Positions 12,141 to 26,101 of a stretch of DNA of 64,000 bases are shown here, in pieces; positions within the stretch are counted from its first letter, which is position 1, and each line of letters begins with the position of its first letter. The position numbers were made by a program, and so were the translations under genes. A model generated the notes under the pieces. It saw only the letters and a program-made list of their open reading frames with translations. It made no database searches and was not told the DNA's origin. The stretch is taken from the NCBI RefSeq assembly GCF_030684315.1, contig NC_081382.1, positions 33,924,620 through 33,988,619 of the forward strand, given 5' to 3'. Source of the stretch: Stegostoma tigrinum (lineage: Eukaryota).

Positions 12141-15100
12141 GGGAAAGTGGTCAACCTAATGAAATTGAGGATTTTTTCCCCTTAGAACTCGTGGACAAAT
12201 TCACTCCTGGCTGACAGGATGAACATTTCCTCTCTGCCGGCTGCAACTGTCCCATGAGGAATAAGTTTAGACAGTTGCAGACCACTTCCTGTTTGGCATA
12301 CCAAAGAACAACCCAGAAAATTGTAAATTAAATTGTTGAAGGCCACAACCTGTTTAGGAAATGGAAAACTGGAGGACAGAAACTAATCTGATGTGTGCAG
12401 TTAATGTCAATTTTGAGATAAATGCTTTAAACAAAATAATAGGCAAGATGTTTCCTTTTGAGGAAAAGCAAAGAGTCTGGTCAATCGCTCTGATATTCCA
12501 GCATCTATCATTCAAAATATACACATACTTGTAAGAAAATCAAGGAAGGAATCTCTCAACTGGTGAGAACGTCAGTAGTGTTTTTTTTCTCCCTCTCACA
12601 TTGCACTGGTCTCCTGGAGGCTGGAATAAGTTCAAATGCATGCAAATCAAAACAACAGATTTCTTTACACGCACTCAGTTTAAACTTACCACAATTTTTT
12701 TTCAATGAGAACAAAAAGCCTTCAGATTCTTTTTCAAGCTAAAAAACAATTCTAACATCAACATTTTCCCATGATGGAAGTACAGCTTGGTGTCAACTGC
12801 TCCACTGTCCTCTTTTTTAGCCTGGTTTATGGAAAATAAAATTTCCGATCTAGGTGATGCCATGATTTTATTCTGACAGTAAGTAGAAAAGGAAACAACA
12901 CCTTGTTTGTAAATTTGAATTATGAAACTAAAGTAGTATAAATATCTGATCAACATCTTATATCATTTTGTTTTTACACTGAAGACAAACTGCATGTGGA
13001 ATTACCACTTTCCTGTGGAGATCAACAGTAATGATTTTGAAAGTCCTCTCATACACTCATGAATCTGAAGCCAGAGATCGTTCAGGTAATACATACAGTG
13101 AAGTAAGTGTAAAAGCAGAAGAAACTAACATTTATAAAAAAATTTAGGAATTTAAAAACTGAGAAGTTTCACCCTACAAATTTAGTTTCTCTCTACACAG
13201 CAAATTCCCATTATCAACAACCAGCAACGCACAACATTCCTGTCCAATGAACAGCTGCAGAGTAAGTGAAACCTTTAGTGGTTGAAAAAATAATCATATT
13301 TTCAAAAGGTTCAACTCTCAGCATTAATCAAGGAAACCTAAGACTCTACAGCAACAGACAGACAATAACAAGCATTGCTGTGGAAGCATACCAAAAATAG
13401 ACATTATAAATCAAAACCAAGCTAATGGTTAAAAGTACAACTGAATAGTCCCTACATGAGCATTCACAATTAATTAAACTATTATATAATGCACCTTTAA
13501 ACTTGGCAATAAAAAGTCACACAGATGGATAAGCTTCTCCTTTATCGAGGCTTGAAGTTCTTATAACAATTCTTCTGCTAATTCAATTTAAGTTTGTCTG
13601 CCAAGACTTTACTTCAACGAACGGAGCCAGATTTTCCCACACAATGTTTAAATGCGACTAGCAAAGATTCAGTGTACAACTAACAACGTGCTATTGTGTA
13701 GTGTTACATTGGCTTTGGCTCATTACATGGAAATGGATACATTAACCTCCTCACACACCCCCAGCCCAAAACTAATGGCGTCTGTCATACTCGGCTGCAA
13801 AAGAAAAAATGCAGCTATAATTTCAAGGTACGTAATACAACTGAAGAGTTTAAATAATGCACATCAATACTGTCCAAGTTACTAAGTAACGTGAACATGA
13901 AAAGAATTGCAGGAATCATTTAAAAATATTCAATCGCCATTGGTAACTAAACCATATTCAAAGTTTAAAAGAATTAGCAACTTTTATTATAAAACTCACC
14001 CAACCCAACTCAAAAGCATAAAGTTATCATGGATCAAGATAGCCAAAGAAGTAGATGCTTACAGCCTCAGTCACAGATGATACTGGTGCAGGCATGTACC
14101 TTTTTACTACTTTTCCAGTTCTTTGGATGAGGAGGACTTACTTGCACACCATTCTAGGACAATTTAGAAGCTGTTTATGTTCTATGTAAGATAATGGATA
14201 CTTTAGAAACTGTGCTGCAATTATCAGTTTAAACATAATTTTTAAGGATAATAGCTTTTATGGAAACAAAACATTGTGTGAATGCAGCTGTATGGCAATA
14301 TTAACATACATTAACAACAATATAGGTCACCAAAAGCCAGTATGCTGTGCTCAAAAACAGCAGCAGGTTAGAAACAATGGATAATCTACAGTTTAGTTTC
14401 ATGCTGTGAACCTGAACAGGATGTCTTTGTCCCAATGTACAGTACGTATATATTAAAAATACTGACCTGACACAGATAAGTCCTTATTAAATTTGAAGCA
14501 GGTGGCATTTCTTGAAGAATGCAATAGTTTCCATTTTGATTACATGGAAGTTGATGACTATTAAACCAATTTAAAAAAATAAAACAAGACACAGTATTAT
14601 TCTTTATGCTTTCTCTCCTACCCGAAAGTCTTTTTCTCTACTACTGGTTTCTGTGAACCATGCATCTCTCTCTCAGTGGGACACGCAACTGACTCCTACA
14701 TCTTTGCGACTGCAGCTGTTGAAGAGCATGACCATGACCGTGTTGACTCTACAATTTTCATTTCCTCTCTAACGTCGGATGACTGCTACATATTGCTTCC
14801 ACACCCAAGCTACTGAGATTCAGAATTTAGATTTGCAGTTTACCGCTATGACATTTAATTTTTTAAACTCTCTTAACTTTGAAATAGCTTTTACATGCTA
14901 AGTATGTATACACAGCTATTCATACGATACACAGTGCTTAAATCAATGCAACAGGCATAGGTGTACATTTTTTAAAAATGGCATATATTTGTAAGCAACT
15001 ATGTTTTAGTCATTTCCACCTATACAAAAGATTGCAGATTCCAGAAGTGTGCATAGCAGCAACTACAGCTCCAAGAGCAAAACATCAATAGCGACAAATC

Positions 15101-15414
15101 CATGCTATAGGGAAAATCATTCAAGGCAAAGTAAACACAACTTACTAATCAGGAAATTATTTATTATAGTGACTGAAAAGGCATTACTCAAGAAATATAT
15201 AATCATTAACAGTTTTCACTTACTCAAATACATAATTGCACATGAAATCATGACTTCTGATTTGATTTACTGTCATGGGTATCTAAATACAGTGAAAAAC
15301 TTCATTTACGAGCAGTACAGGCAGATCATAGTTAGCAAGGATATACAGAGCATACTGTCAAAAAAAAAATTAGGAGGCATACAAGTTACATCGCACCGAC
15401 CGTGCATGAGACAA

Positions 15415-16065
15415 GATCAACATTAGCAAGACAGCATTATTTGAGGTTACAGAGTCCGTTCATCAGTCTAATTCCAGCAGGGAAGAAGCCGTTCTTGAAC
15501 CTGCAGGTGTGTGTTCAAACTTCTGTATCTTCTGCCCGACAGAAGATGTTGTGGGAGAGCACTGCTAGGGTGCAATGGATCATTGATGATGTTGGCAGCA
15601 TTTCCGCAGCAGCAGGCTGTCTAATTGAAGTCAACGGATGGAAAGTTGGCTTCCACAATGGTCTGGGCTGTGCACACTACCTTCTGTAATTTTACGGTCC
15701 AGGGCACAGCTGTTGCCACACCAGGCTGTTATGCACCCAGATAGTATGCTTTCAATGGTGCATCTGTAAAAGTTGGTGAGGGCCCTTCAGGACACGCCGA
15801 ATTTCCTGAGCTGCCTTTGGAAGAAAAGGCACTGTTGTGCCTTCTTGACAATTGCATCTATGTGGGAAGTCCAGGACAGGTTGTCAGTTATCATCACTCC
15901 CAGGAACTTGACACTCTCCACCCTCTCAACCTCAGTTCTGTTATGTAAGTGGGGGCATGGTCTCCTCCCTTCTTTTTGAAGTCAATGATCGTTCTTCAGC
16001 TTTACTGACGTTGACAGAGAGAGGTTGTTCTCATTTCAACACATCCCCAAGCTCTCTATCTTCAT
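15415..16065 (-). mobile_element. Rex1/Babar-type LINE 3' fragment
   Basis: - strand encodes VERVES-KFLGV.I...L.W and ends in NGFFPAGIRLMN, typical of Rex1 C-termini. Confidence 0.7.
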
Positions 16066-17576
16066 GGTGCATAACATCTGGGACATTCATTTGTCAATAT
16101 TCAGGACCCTCAAAAGGCTTTGAAATAGCATCATCCCACTGACAGCTGCAACTGTAATGTTAACTCTGACCCAGGTGGTAAATAAAAAAGGAAATGTGTT
16201 ACCTTCCAGCATTCCGAATTCAGTTACATCCCAGTGTAGTCTCAAGCCTAAAGTTTACAGTTTTTAAATATTACATAATTATGGATAGCCCAAATCACAG
16301 AAAATATTCGAGGCAAGTTTCAAGAGCACAGTGGGCACAAAGTTGATAACGTGAAAAATTTCCCATGTTGGTGAATGCCTGTTCCTCAAAACAGTTAAAC
16401 TTGCCCCTTTTGATAGCTGAAACTGTTTACTGAGCAAAAAGCAATGCCATATCAAGATAATAAGCTGGTGGAATACTCAGACAAGTATAAGATACAGTTT
16501 AGCATGGATGAATCGAGATAATATTTTGGGAGTGAAAAGCACAAGGAATAGGAAAAAACTGAAGAATGCCGAGGAATCAATCCAAAGTCATCACCTAAAT
16601 TATTAGAATTACATTTCACCAATGACGTAATTAAACTCCTGTGATACACAGTTGTCCATTTTCTACTGTACACAGAAATCATGGTTGCAGAAAATTTGAT
16701 TAGCTAATTCTATAAAGTACACCTTGTTTAACCTTTAATTCTGTTCTACCGCCCTTCAGTTTTCCCAAAGCCCATATTTAAATAACTGGTCTCTTCACAA
16801 TGAGAGTCTAAATTACAAATTACTTATCACCATGATCCCTCTGTGCACTCTTCAGTGTTTTCTTGTTCTTTTTGATAAAAGCAGAAAACACCCCAGAAGC
16901 TAATCTGTCATTTCTCTTTAGATATTTTTAGGACCAGCTGTGCACTTACGTGTCTTCAGTTGTTTCAAATATCCAAAATTTATTTTCTTATTCTTTTCAT
17001 TCAAGGCATTCTTTTAACAAGTTGAAGCATCTAGTATTTCATACAATATTCTAAATATGACTATCAAGAAGTGGTCTTGGGTTAGAATAGTCTGTTAATT
17101 TGGAATTAAATGACTGTTTGATGCAGGCCAGATATCTGCTTCACATTAATTAAAGACTTTATGGACAATCGAGAACAATATATTGGAATCCTTTTTCACC
17201 TTTGCCAAAAACCCATTCACGCTAAGCCCGTGTCTTGCTTTCTTTCCGTCCCAATATACAAAAAAATCCAGGATTGTTCAGGCATTCATTAATTCAAAGT
17301 TACCCGGAAATAATTTCTTGTCCAAGTACAATCCATTCCTCAAAGTCTATTAACTCAATTTTTTGATGATTCAGCTTTTTAAATTAAAAAGACTAAATGT
17401 CTACATTGCTGCACTATTAACCTGAACACAACATAATTAGACAGGACTCAATTTGCATTCTTAGGGTAAAAATACAACCTTGAGTAGAATTTGTTTCCCA
17501 GATTCTAACATGATTAAATAATGACCAGGCCAGAAAATAAATAAAGCTAAATTTAAAAAATACACATCTGCCAGAT

Positions 17577-17905
17577 TTTTTTTTACCCATTTGAGGGATA
17601 TGGGCATCAATGGCAGTTATTGCCTGTCCCCAGTTGCTCTTGCGAAGGTGGTGGTGAGCTGCCTTTTTTCAACTGTTGCAGTCCACCCGCTGTGGGTTGA
17701 CCCACAGTGCCACTGAGGAAAGAATTCCCGAATTTTGACCCGAGGACAGTGTAAGAATGGTGATACACTTCCAAGTCAGAATGGTGAGAAGCTTGGAGGG
17801 GAATTTGAATGTCCTGGTGTTCCATATATCTGCTGCCTTTGTCCTTCAAGATGGAAGCGGTCGTGGGTTTGGAAGGCGTTGTCTGAGGATCTTTGGTGAA
17901 TTTCT
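17577..17905 (-). mobile_element. CR1-group LINE (second family) 3' end with poly(A)
   Basis: T-run then reverse complement of the 62290-62610 tail. Confidence 0.75.
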
Positions 17906-18337
17906 GCGTGCAGAAATAATTGGGTGTGTTCTATTAAGTGGTATAGATGTGTTATGTTGTATCAGAGAAATATACAATACCACTTGGGAGTGTTCTTGCT
18001 TATAGATGGAACAGAAGTAGACAAATGAAGTACTTAGTGGTGAACCCAACAAGTTACATTAGTTAGAGATTGTTTCCACGAGGCTTGGGATGGAAACGAT
18101 AGGGATAACAAAAGTGGGACGGAGATACCATGGAAAAAAACAGGGTGGAATGTCATGTGACAGGGATGGCCTTGGAGGGGTTGGTGAGAGGGTAGAGTTG
18201 AGTGCTTGGCAGAAAGCTGTGGGACAATTTGATACAAATTGTTATTCAAATACTATAAATTGCTCAAAATGAAGACTCACTGGATTTGAATGAAAAATGC
18301 TTTAGAAAAGATGTTATGTGAATTAAAAGAATAGATC

Positions 18338-18695
18338 AGTGTTGAATCTATGGACAATGACGAAAACATTTTATATCCTCCAGATTTTCGATATGTTCCA
18401 ACTCCAATGGGCATGCCACCACACCTATACAGACTTAAGGAAACTGCCCTCAATATTTCTATGAAAGTTGAATCCTAAATGACTATTTTGTTAGGAAGTA
18501 AGATTAATAAGTGGAAGGATAATTTTTTTCAATGGTGCTGAAAGCATAACAAGCAAATTTCAAGGAAATAAACACTTCATTGCTCAAATAATATTGGTCC
18601 CATCACATACAAACATGCTATCTTAACTCAGGAGAAAACAGTTTCCAATTGGACTTCTGTATTATATGACAATAAACAAGTCACAAGACCAAACT
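18338..18695 (+). mobile_element. Helitron PIF1-like helicase remnant (stops and frameshifts)
   Basis: Reads SVESMDNDENILYPPDF...MGMPPHLYRLK / KLNPK*LFC*EVRLI / HFIAQIILVPSHTNMLS*LRRKQFPIGLLYYMTINKSQDQT, colinear with the Helitron motifs YP.EFL, G.PPH.L.LK, RNLNP..GLCNGTRL, RRQFP...AMTINKSQGQT. Confidence 0.85.
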
Positions 18696-18696
18696 T

Positions 18697-20880
18697 CACA
18701 AAATTGAAGTGGAGCAGAAAGAGGTCATTTGGCCCATCACGTCTGTGTCAGCTCTCCAAACGAGTAATATGACCAGTGCCATTTTTGTGCATTCCCCAAA
18801 ACCCTGCATATTGCTTCCATACAAATAATCATGCAACGTACTTCTGAATGTCTCACTCCACCACATTTTCAGGCAAGGTATTCCAGGCCCAAACCATTCA
18901 CTGAAAATTTTTTTTCTCAAATCACACTTACGTCTTTTGCAAATTACTTTAAATGTGTGTCCCCTCATCCTCTATCCTTTTATCATAAGGTGAAAATAAA
19001 TGGTAACAGTAGGCGGCCATTAGGCCCCTTAAGCCTGCTCTGCCATTCAACAGAACCCTACATATTGCAGTGAGATCACCTCTCATTCTTCTGTATTCCA
19101 ACGAGTTGAGTTGGAACCTGCCTAATCTTTGCTTATAAGGCATTTTTTCCATATCAGGAATCACCCAAGTGAATGTTCTCTGAACTGCCTCCAATTAGAA
19201 AACATATTTTCCTAAGTTAAGAGGTCCAAAACTACTCTCAGTACTTCAGGTGTTGTCTCATCTCACCAGCACCTTGTAGAACTGCATTCAGACTTACTCG
19301 TTCTTACATTCCAACCTTCTTGAAATAGGGGCCAACGTTCTATTAACATTCCTGATTATTTGCTGCACATGTGCTTTTGCTTCTAATGTTCATGCACAAG
19401 TACACCTAACTCAGACATCCTACTCTGACCTCGTCACATTTGCCGGCATTTGGCCCATTTCTCTCCAAACCTGTGCTATTCATATACCATTCAGATACCT
19501 TCTAAATGTTGTAACTGTACCTACCTCCAACACTTCCTCTGCTAGTTCATTCCCTGTACACACCACCATTTATGTGAAAAAGTTACTCCCTCAGGTCCTT
19601 TTTAAATCTTTCCACTCTCACCTTACTGCTATGCCCTCTAGTTTTGGACTCGCCCACTCTAGGAAAAAGACCTTTGCTATTCACCCTATCCACGTCCCTC
19701 ATGATTTCATAAATCTCTGTAAGCTCGCCCCGAACCTCCGACAGTCCAGGAAAATGGCCCCAGCCTATTCCACCTCTCCCTATAATTCAAACCTTCCAGT
19801 CCTGACGACATCCTTCTAAATCTTTGCTGCACCCTTTTAAGTTAACAACATCCCTCCTATGGAAGGGTGACCAGAATTGAACAGTATTCCAAAAAATGTG
19901 TCCTCACCAATGCTGTGTACAGCTGCAACATGGCTTTCCAACTTCTATACTCAATGTTCTGATCAATAAAGGCAAACATGCCAGATGCCTTCTTCACCAC
20001 CAGGTCTAACCACCTTTCAATAACCTATGCACCAGCACTCCTTGGTCTTTGTCCAGCAACACTCCCTAGGACCCTGCTATTAACTCTTCAAGTCCTGTCC
20101 TGATTTGCCTTACCAAAATGCAACGCCTCATTTGTCTAAACTGAACTCCACCTGCCACTCCCCAGCCCAGTCCCAGCTTATCAAAATCCTTTGCACTCTA
20201 AGAAAATCTTCACTGTTCGCTATGCCACATATTTTGGTGTCATCTGCAAACTTACCAACCATACCTCCTATTTTCACATCTAAAATCATTTACATAAATG
20301 ACAAATAGCACTGAACCTAGCACCAGTCCTTTCAGCATACTGCTAGTCACAGGCCTCCAGTCCAAAAAGCAACGCTCTACCACCACCCTCTGTCTCCTAA
20401 CTTCAAACCATTTTGTACCAATTGGCTAACTCCACCTGCATCCCATGTGATCTAACTTCACTAACCACCCTTTTGTGTTGCAGCTTTTGGCAGTTCTTCG
20501 CCACCTAAATGTTACTCTGTTCTTTTGTTCTCCCTTCAAAAGTAAAGGCTTTGCATTTTCCCACATTATACTCCTTTACCAACTTTTCTGCCAACTTACT
20601 TAACCCATTACTGTGCCACTATAAACTAACTGCATTCCTAAAAGGGAACAGTTTCCTCCAAATACCCTGTTTACATCCTTCATAAATTTTAAATCAGCCA
20701 TCAAATCCCCCTCAATCTTTTTCTCTCTAACGAAAAGAGTCCTAACCTCCAGTCTATCTTCATAAATGAAGTTAACTCACCTCTGAAATTATCCTTGTTA
20801 CCCTTTCTGCACCCTATCTAATGCACTGATATCATACTTGAAGTATTGCACCCAAAACTGTACTGCCCCAACACTACTCC
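18697..20880 (-). mobile_element. Cluster of nested CR1 LINE 3' fragments
   Basis: ORFs 18696-18968 and 18949-19194 (EAVQRTFT...SLEYRRMRGDL; RGHTFKV) are CR1 RT C-terminal motifs; a longer copy lies at 19430-20470. Confidence 0.8.
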
Positions 20881-21778
20881 AGCTTTGAGGACTTGGAAAT
20901 ATAAATAAAAATAATATGGAAACGGTCTTAGATGAGTTAATATTTCATTGATAAGTTAGTTTTAAAGATTTGTCTAGAAATTACTTAAGATTATATTCTA
21001 AGTATAATACCATTGCTCAATTACTTTTTGTTTCAGGGAAGATCGAAGAAACTTCATGTTCCTAAAGTAATGGAACAATAGGTGTCATAAAATAAAAGAC
21101 CATACAAGAGCATTGAATGGAGTAGGATGATGGGTTGAACGGTTTTTATGCCTTTTGGATTTTCTTGTTAAATGATCTGCAAGTGTAGTAATCTTAAAAC
21201 CACAACTGTAAAACAAATGGTTGAGTAGGGTCAGCTTTGCACAATCTTATAAGCATTACAGATCTGGCAAGCACAAAGGAAACTAGATGTATCACATCAG
21301 CTGACTTGTGAACGATTCACTGAATTAGACAATCACCTGATGCAAGATTTCTAAAGATTACAAAACATGACTGAGGATTTTTAAAATATTTGATCAAGGG
21401 GTGTGGGTGCTGCTGGAACCCAGATCCCTAATTACCCTCGAGAAGGTTGTAGCGAGCTGCCTTCTTGAAGAACTGTTTTCAATTAAACATTTATGATATT
21501 GTCAGAAAAAGAAAATGTCTCAAGCACATAAGTGTGTTTCTTCAAGCAGAGCTCTGACACTTTTCTGTAGGCTTTCATGTTTGGTCAATATAATCAACTG
21601 CAAAACCACAATCACAACCAGTTGTATCTATTCAGCACCTTTTACAAAGTAGAAAGTTCCAATAGTATTTTAGACAGTGATCAGGGAAAGAGACAAAAGC
21701 TAAGTCAAAGGTTAATATAGATACAAAGATCAAATGATTGACGAAAAATGTACATTTTAAAAGGTCTTAAAGGAGGAT

Positions 21779-22000
21779 CTGAGATAACAAGGTGTAGAGC
21801 TGGATGAACACAATAGGCCAAGCAGCATCAGAGGACCGGGAAAGCTGACGTTTCGGGCCTAGACCCTTCTTCTGAAGAGTCTTTCTGAAGAAGGGTCTAG
21901 GCCCAAAACGTCAGCTTTCCCGCTCCTCCGATGCTGCTTGGCCTGCTGTGTTCATCCAGCTCTTCACCTTGTTATCTCAGATTCTGCAGTTCCTACATTC
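21779..22000. mobile_element. Short fold-back PLE family A element with 14-bp TSD
   Basis: TSD tcttaaaggaggat at 21765-21778 and 22001-22014; near-perfect ~95-bp inverted arms; axis at tcttctgaagagtctttctgaaga. Confidence 0.9.
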
Positions 22001-22126
22001 TCTTAAAGGAGGATATTGATTTCATCATTGAGGTGCAGTTACATCCACAGTGCTATTAGGGAGAGAGTTCTAGGATTTTGACTCAGTGACTTTGAAGGAG
22101 CCATAGCATAGTTTTCAATGACAGGA

Positions 22127-23400
22127 CAGTCAGAGTCATGCAGCACAGAAACACTGTTCAATCCAACCAGTCCACACCAAGCATAATCCCAAGCTAAACT
22201 CATCCTATCTGCCTTCTCCTGGCCCATATCCCTTCAAACCCTTCCTACTTATGTACTTATCCAAGTATCTTATAAATGTTGCAATTGTACCCATATCCAA
22301 CACTTCCTCAGGAAGTTCATTCCACACACCAACCACCCTATGTGTAAAAAGATTTGTCCCTCAAGTCTTTTTAAAAATCTCTCTCCTCTCACCTTGAAAA
22401 TGTGTCCCCTAGTTTTGAAATTCCCCCATCCTAGGGAAAAGAAACCTACAATTAACCCTTTCTATACCCCTCATAATTTTATAAACTTCTATAAATTCAC
22501 CTCTCAACCTCCTAAGCTCCAGTGAAAAAAGTCCATGCCTATCCAGCTTTTCTTTATAACACAAACTTTCTATACCCAGCAACATACTGGTAAATCTCTT
22601 CTGAATCCTCTCCAGTTTAATAATAACCTTCCTATAACTGGGCAGCCAGAATTAGACATAGTACTCCAGAACAGACCTCACCCATGTCCTGTACAACCTC
22701 AATATGACTTCACAACTCTGAAACTCAAAGGAATAAGCAATGAAGGCAAGCATGCTAAATGCCTTTTTAACTACCCTGTCTTTATGTGACACAAACTTCA
22801 AAGAATTATGTATCCGAACCGCTAGGTCCATCTGTTCTACAACATTACCGAAGGCCCTACCGTTAATTGTATAAGCCCTACTCTGGTTGTTGTGCCAAAA
22901 TGAAGTATCCCACATTTATCCAGGCTGAATTCCATCTGCCATTTTTCAGTCCATTGAACCGATTGATCAAGATCCCTTTGTAATCTTAGGAAACCTTCTT
23001 CACTGTCTGCTCTGCTACCAATTTTGGCGTCATCTACAAACTTACTAACCATGCCTTCTATATTCTCATCTAAGCCATTTGTAAAAATGGCAAACAAAAG
23101 AGGACTCCGAAGTGATCCCTGTGGAATGCCGTTGGTCACAGGTCTCTAGCCTGAAAAACAACATTCCTCCACACACTGTCTCCTGCTGTTAAGCCAATTA
23201 TGAATCCAATTGGCAAACTCCCCCGAATCCCATATGACCTAAATTTACAAGTTAGTCTGCCACACAGAACCCTGTCAAAGGCTCTACCAAAGTCCAAGTA
23301 AAAATGTCTACTGCTCTGCCATCATCAATCTTTTTGGTGACTTCGTCAAAAAATTGAATCAAGTTTGTGAGGCATGACTTTCCTCACACAAAGCCATGCT
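22127..23400 (-). mobile_element. CR1 LINE RT and 3' end
   Basis: ORF 22837-23139 GIPQGSLRSPLLFAIFTNGLD...SKFVDDAKIG; ORF 22652-22915 DLAVRIHNSLK...VRSVLEY. Confidence 0.9.
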
Positions 23401-23790
23401 CAGTCCAAGTTGAAGTGGGTGGTATTTCCATGTATTTACTGCCATTGTCTTAAAAAGTGAAGTTGGGGATTGGGGAGGTGCTTTCAAAGGAGCCAATGTA
23501 AAATGCTCCAGTGCATCTTGTAAATGGTACATAATGCCCATCACGATGTACCAGAGGAGGAGGGAGTGAGTGTTGAAGATGATGAACAGGGGTGTGCAAA
23601 ACAAGTGGACAGCTTTGTCCTGGATAGTGTCAAGCTTCTTCTGTTGTTGGAGCTGAATACAGCCAGGCAAGTTGAGGATATTTCATTACAAGCTTGCATT
23701 GTGTCTTGCAGATGGCAGACAGGCTGTATCAAGGCAAAAGGTGAGTTACTCACTAGATGATTCCCAGCCTGTGATCTGCTCTTGTAACCA
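23401..23790 (-). mobile_element. CR1-group LINE (second family) fragment
   Basis: KKLDTIQDKAVHL; homologous to 62040-62400. Confidence 0.7.
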
Positions 23791-24174
23791 CCTTTCCTAA
23801 GCCATATCAGGTGATCGGAGTTTCAAATTTGGTGCGTTTTACTACTACATGTAATCTCTGTCATAGTAAAGCATGATATAGTTGCAAGCTGCAAGTTTTT
23901 TGGAGCTGCTTTGTTTCACAAGTGTAATTACTGCATTAGAAAAATCTGTCACCTTCTATATGCTTTTGAAAGCTATTATTTAGAAAGAATGGATGACAGA
24001 GGATCAGAAAAGACCATTTGGTCCATATGATTCGTCTTAGACTTTACTATAAAAATCCAAATAATTTTCTCACTGCTCATTTCCAAAAACCACAGCTTGA
24101 AGTTATGTCTGATTTTTCTATACATCTTTCCCTCTGCTCCTTGTTATCACAGTTGACTCGTGAAATCAAGGTAA

Positions 24175-24240
24175 AGCTTTTGAGCTCCTAAGATGCTGCT
24201 TGGCCTGCTGTGTTCATCCAGATCCACACTTTGTTATCTC
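24175..24240 (+). mobile_element. 66-bp PLE family A fragment downstream of the hammerhead
   Basis: agcttttgagctcctaagatgctgcttggcctgctgtgttcatccag...gttatctc. Confidence 0.8.
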
Positions 24241-26101
24241 ATAATAGTTTATTTGAGCTCGTGTTAATCATATCAATTTTCAGTCTTATCCTCTACTTTA
24301 ACCAAAATTACTGTCTGCAGTTTCTTCTCATAGCTTAAATGTCCTATTTCCAGGTGTCAAACAGATGGTTTATTGTTTACTTTTCCCTTCAAATGCTTCG
24401 CTTCCTTTTCTTCCTGCAAAATGATAACCAAAACTCCAAACTGTATTCTAGATGGAGCTAAACCTCACTTTGCTAAGTGCAAAATACTTGTTTCATGCCA
24501 CCTGTCTATTTTAGAATTCTTTCGACAGTTGCATTTGAAGTATACAAATCATACATTACAGATTGCACTAAAACTAGCAGATGGCTGATCCTTATATTAC
24601 AAACAGAGATCATCAGCTGCACAAAAGTGCATGAAGTAACATTGACTAGTCAAAAATATATTTCATTCACATGGTAGGAGATCGATTTCTCTTAACACTG
24701 GTTCTGAATAAATAGATGACATTACCTCACATAAATTTAGTGCAGGACATGTCTGCAGGAATTGGATGTTTTGACAGCTTGGATTCAAGCAAATGTGTAA
24801 TCTTGACTGACTCAATATCCTCGTCAGTCAGTCTGTGCCAAGATGAATTTTTTTAACCTAATAAAATATTAAGCATTTATGGAATTACTAGAAAAAAAAT
24901 CTGTCCTGTGCACATCACAGTGTTATCTCCTACAGGGTCCATACATTCTACTGTAGGTGCTCTTCTTTGGTCAATATTACAACAATAACTTTTATCTATA
25001 TGGCACTTTTAACAATGAAGAAAATTCCAAAAGGTACTTCAATCAGACAGTTAAAAGGAAAGAAATGAAGGCTGAGTTAAAGGAGAATATACAAATGATG
25101 ATCAAACGTTTGAACAAAGATATGGATTTTAGACAAGGTCTTTAAAAAAAGTGCATTGAGTTAGAAAGATTTATCTAGCAAATTCCAGAGCATGGAGCAT
25201 AATTGACTAAAGGCACAACTTCAAATCATTGGGCTGAGGAAGCAAGGTTGCAGAGTCAAAGGAATATAAAGGCATTGGATGTGTTTCCAGTGCTGGCGAA
25301 ATTTATACCTTCAGAATTTTCATTGTTGTCAAGTGAAATAAATAGTGCAATGATTCTGACCGACCTCTGAAATGGTCACTTCATAAGTAATTATCAATGG
25401 GTTAACACAACATGATCTTTAGAATTAGAAGTAGATTTTATTGTCACATGTGGACTACCCATTCAGAGTGAAATGATTACTATGTAAAGAATATTAAATA
25501 TTGAAGTGAATAATCTGACATTCACTGATGATCAAGCTTAACATTTAGTTTAAAAATACATGGAAGTATAGTGACAACCAATCAGATCAATGTGCAGAAG
25601 GTACAGTACTAATTTAAAGAGTGTCTTATAATAGGGATGATGACCTACTATCTTTTTATATGTAAATATTATATGCACATGTCTGGACACACAACCAGGT
25701 CTATAATTTATTTATAAAGGTAACATTGACAATACCCAAGCGGCAAATTTGCATTGTAATTTTCCAACTTGACAATACTTCTTCAACAAATTAGGAGTGC
25801 ATCGAATTGTAAAGACCACTATGGTTCAATTGTCAGTTCAAATATAAAATGACACAACAGCTAGTTTATTTGCACTGTCTTCAGTTCTACACTCTATTAC
25901 ACCTTACCAAATATGGCAAAGTCAAATTTTACTTAAATTTGAAATTTATTGTGGTGAAGGTCGATGCTGTACATTATAATTGAAGTGAGACAGAAACAAC
26001 AATTAATAACGTGAACACGTTTACATTTCTAATTGATCTCATTAAGAAAATATAATGATACCAGTAACGTGATGGATAGAAACAGCAAAAAAAATTGAAA
26101 T

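Noticed and set aside
12400-14900. Repeat-poor stretch with donor-like sites and possible enhancers
   Set aside because: Could hold conserved elements or further UTR exons, but no paired splice sites or other evidence could be established without alignments.
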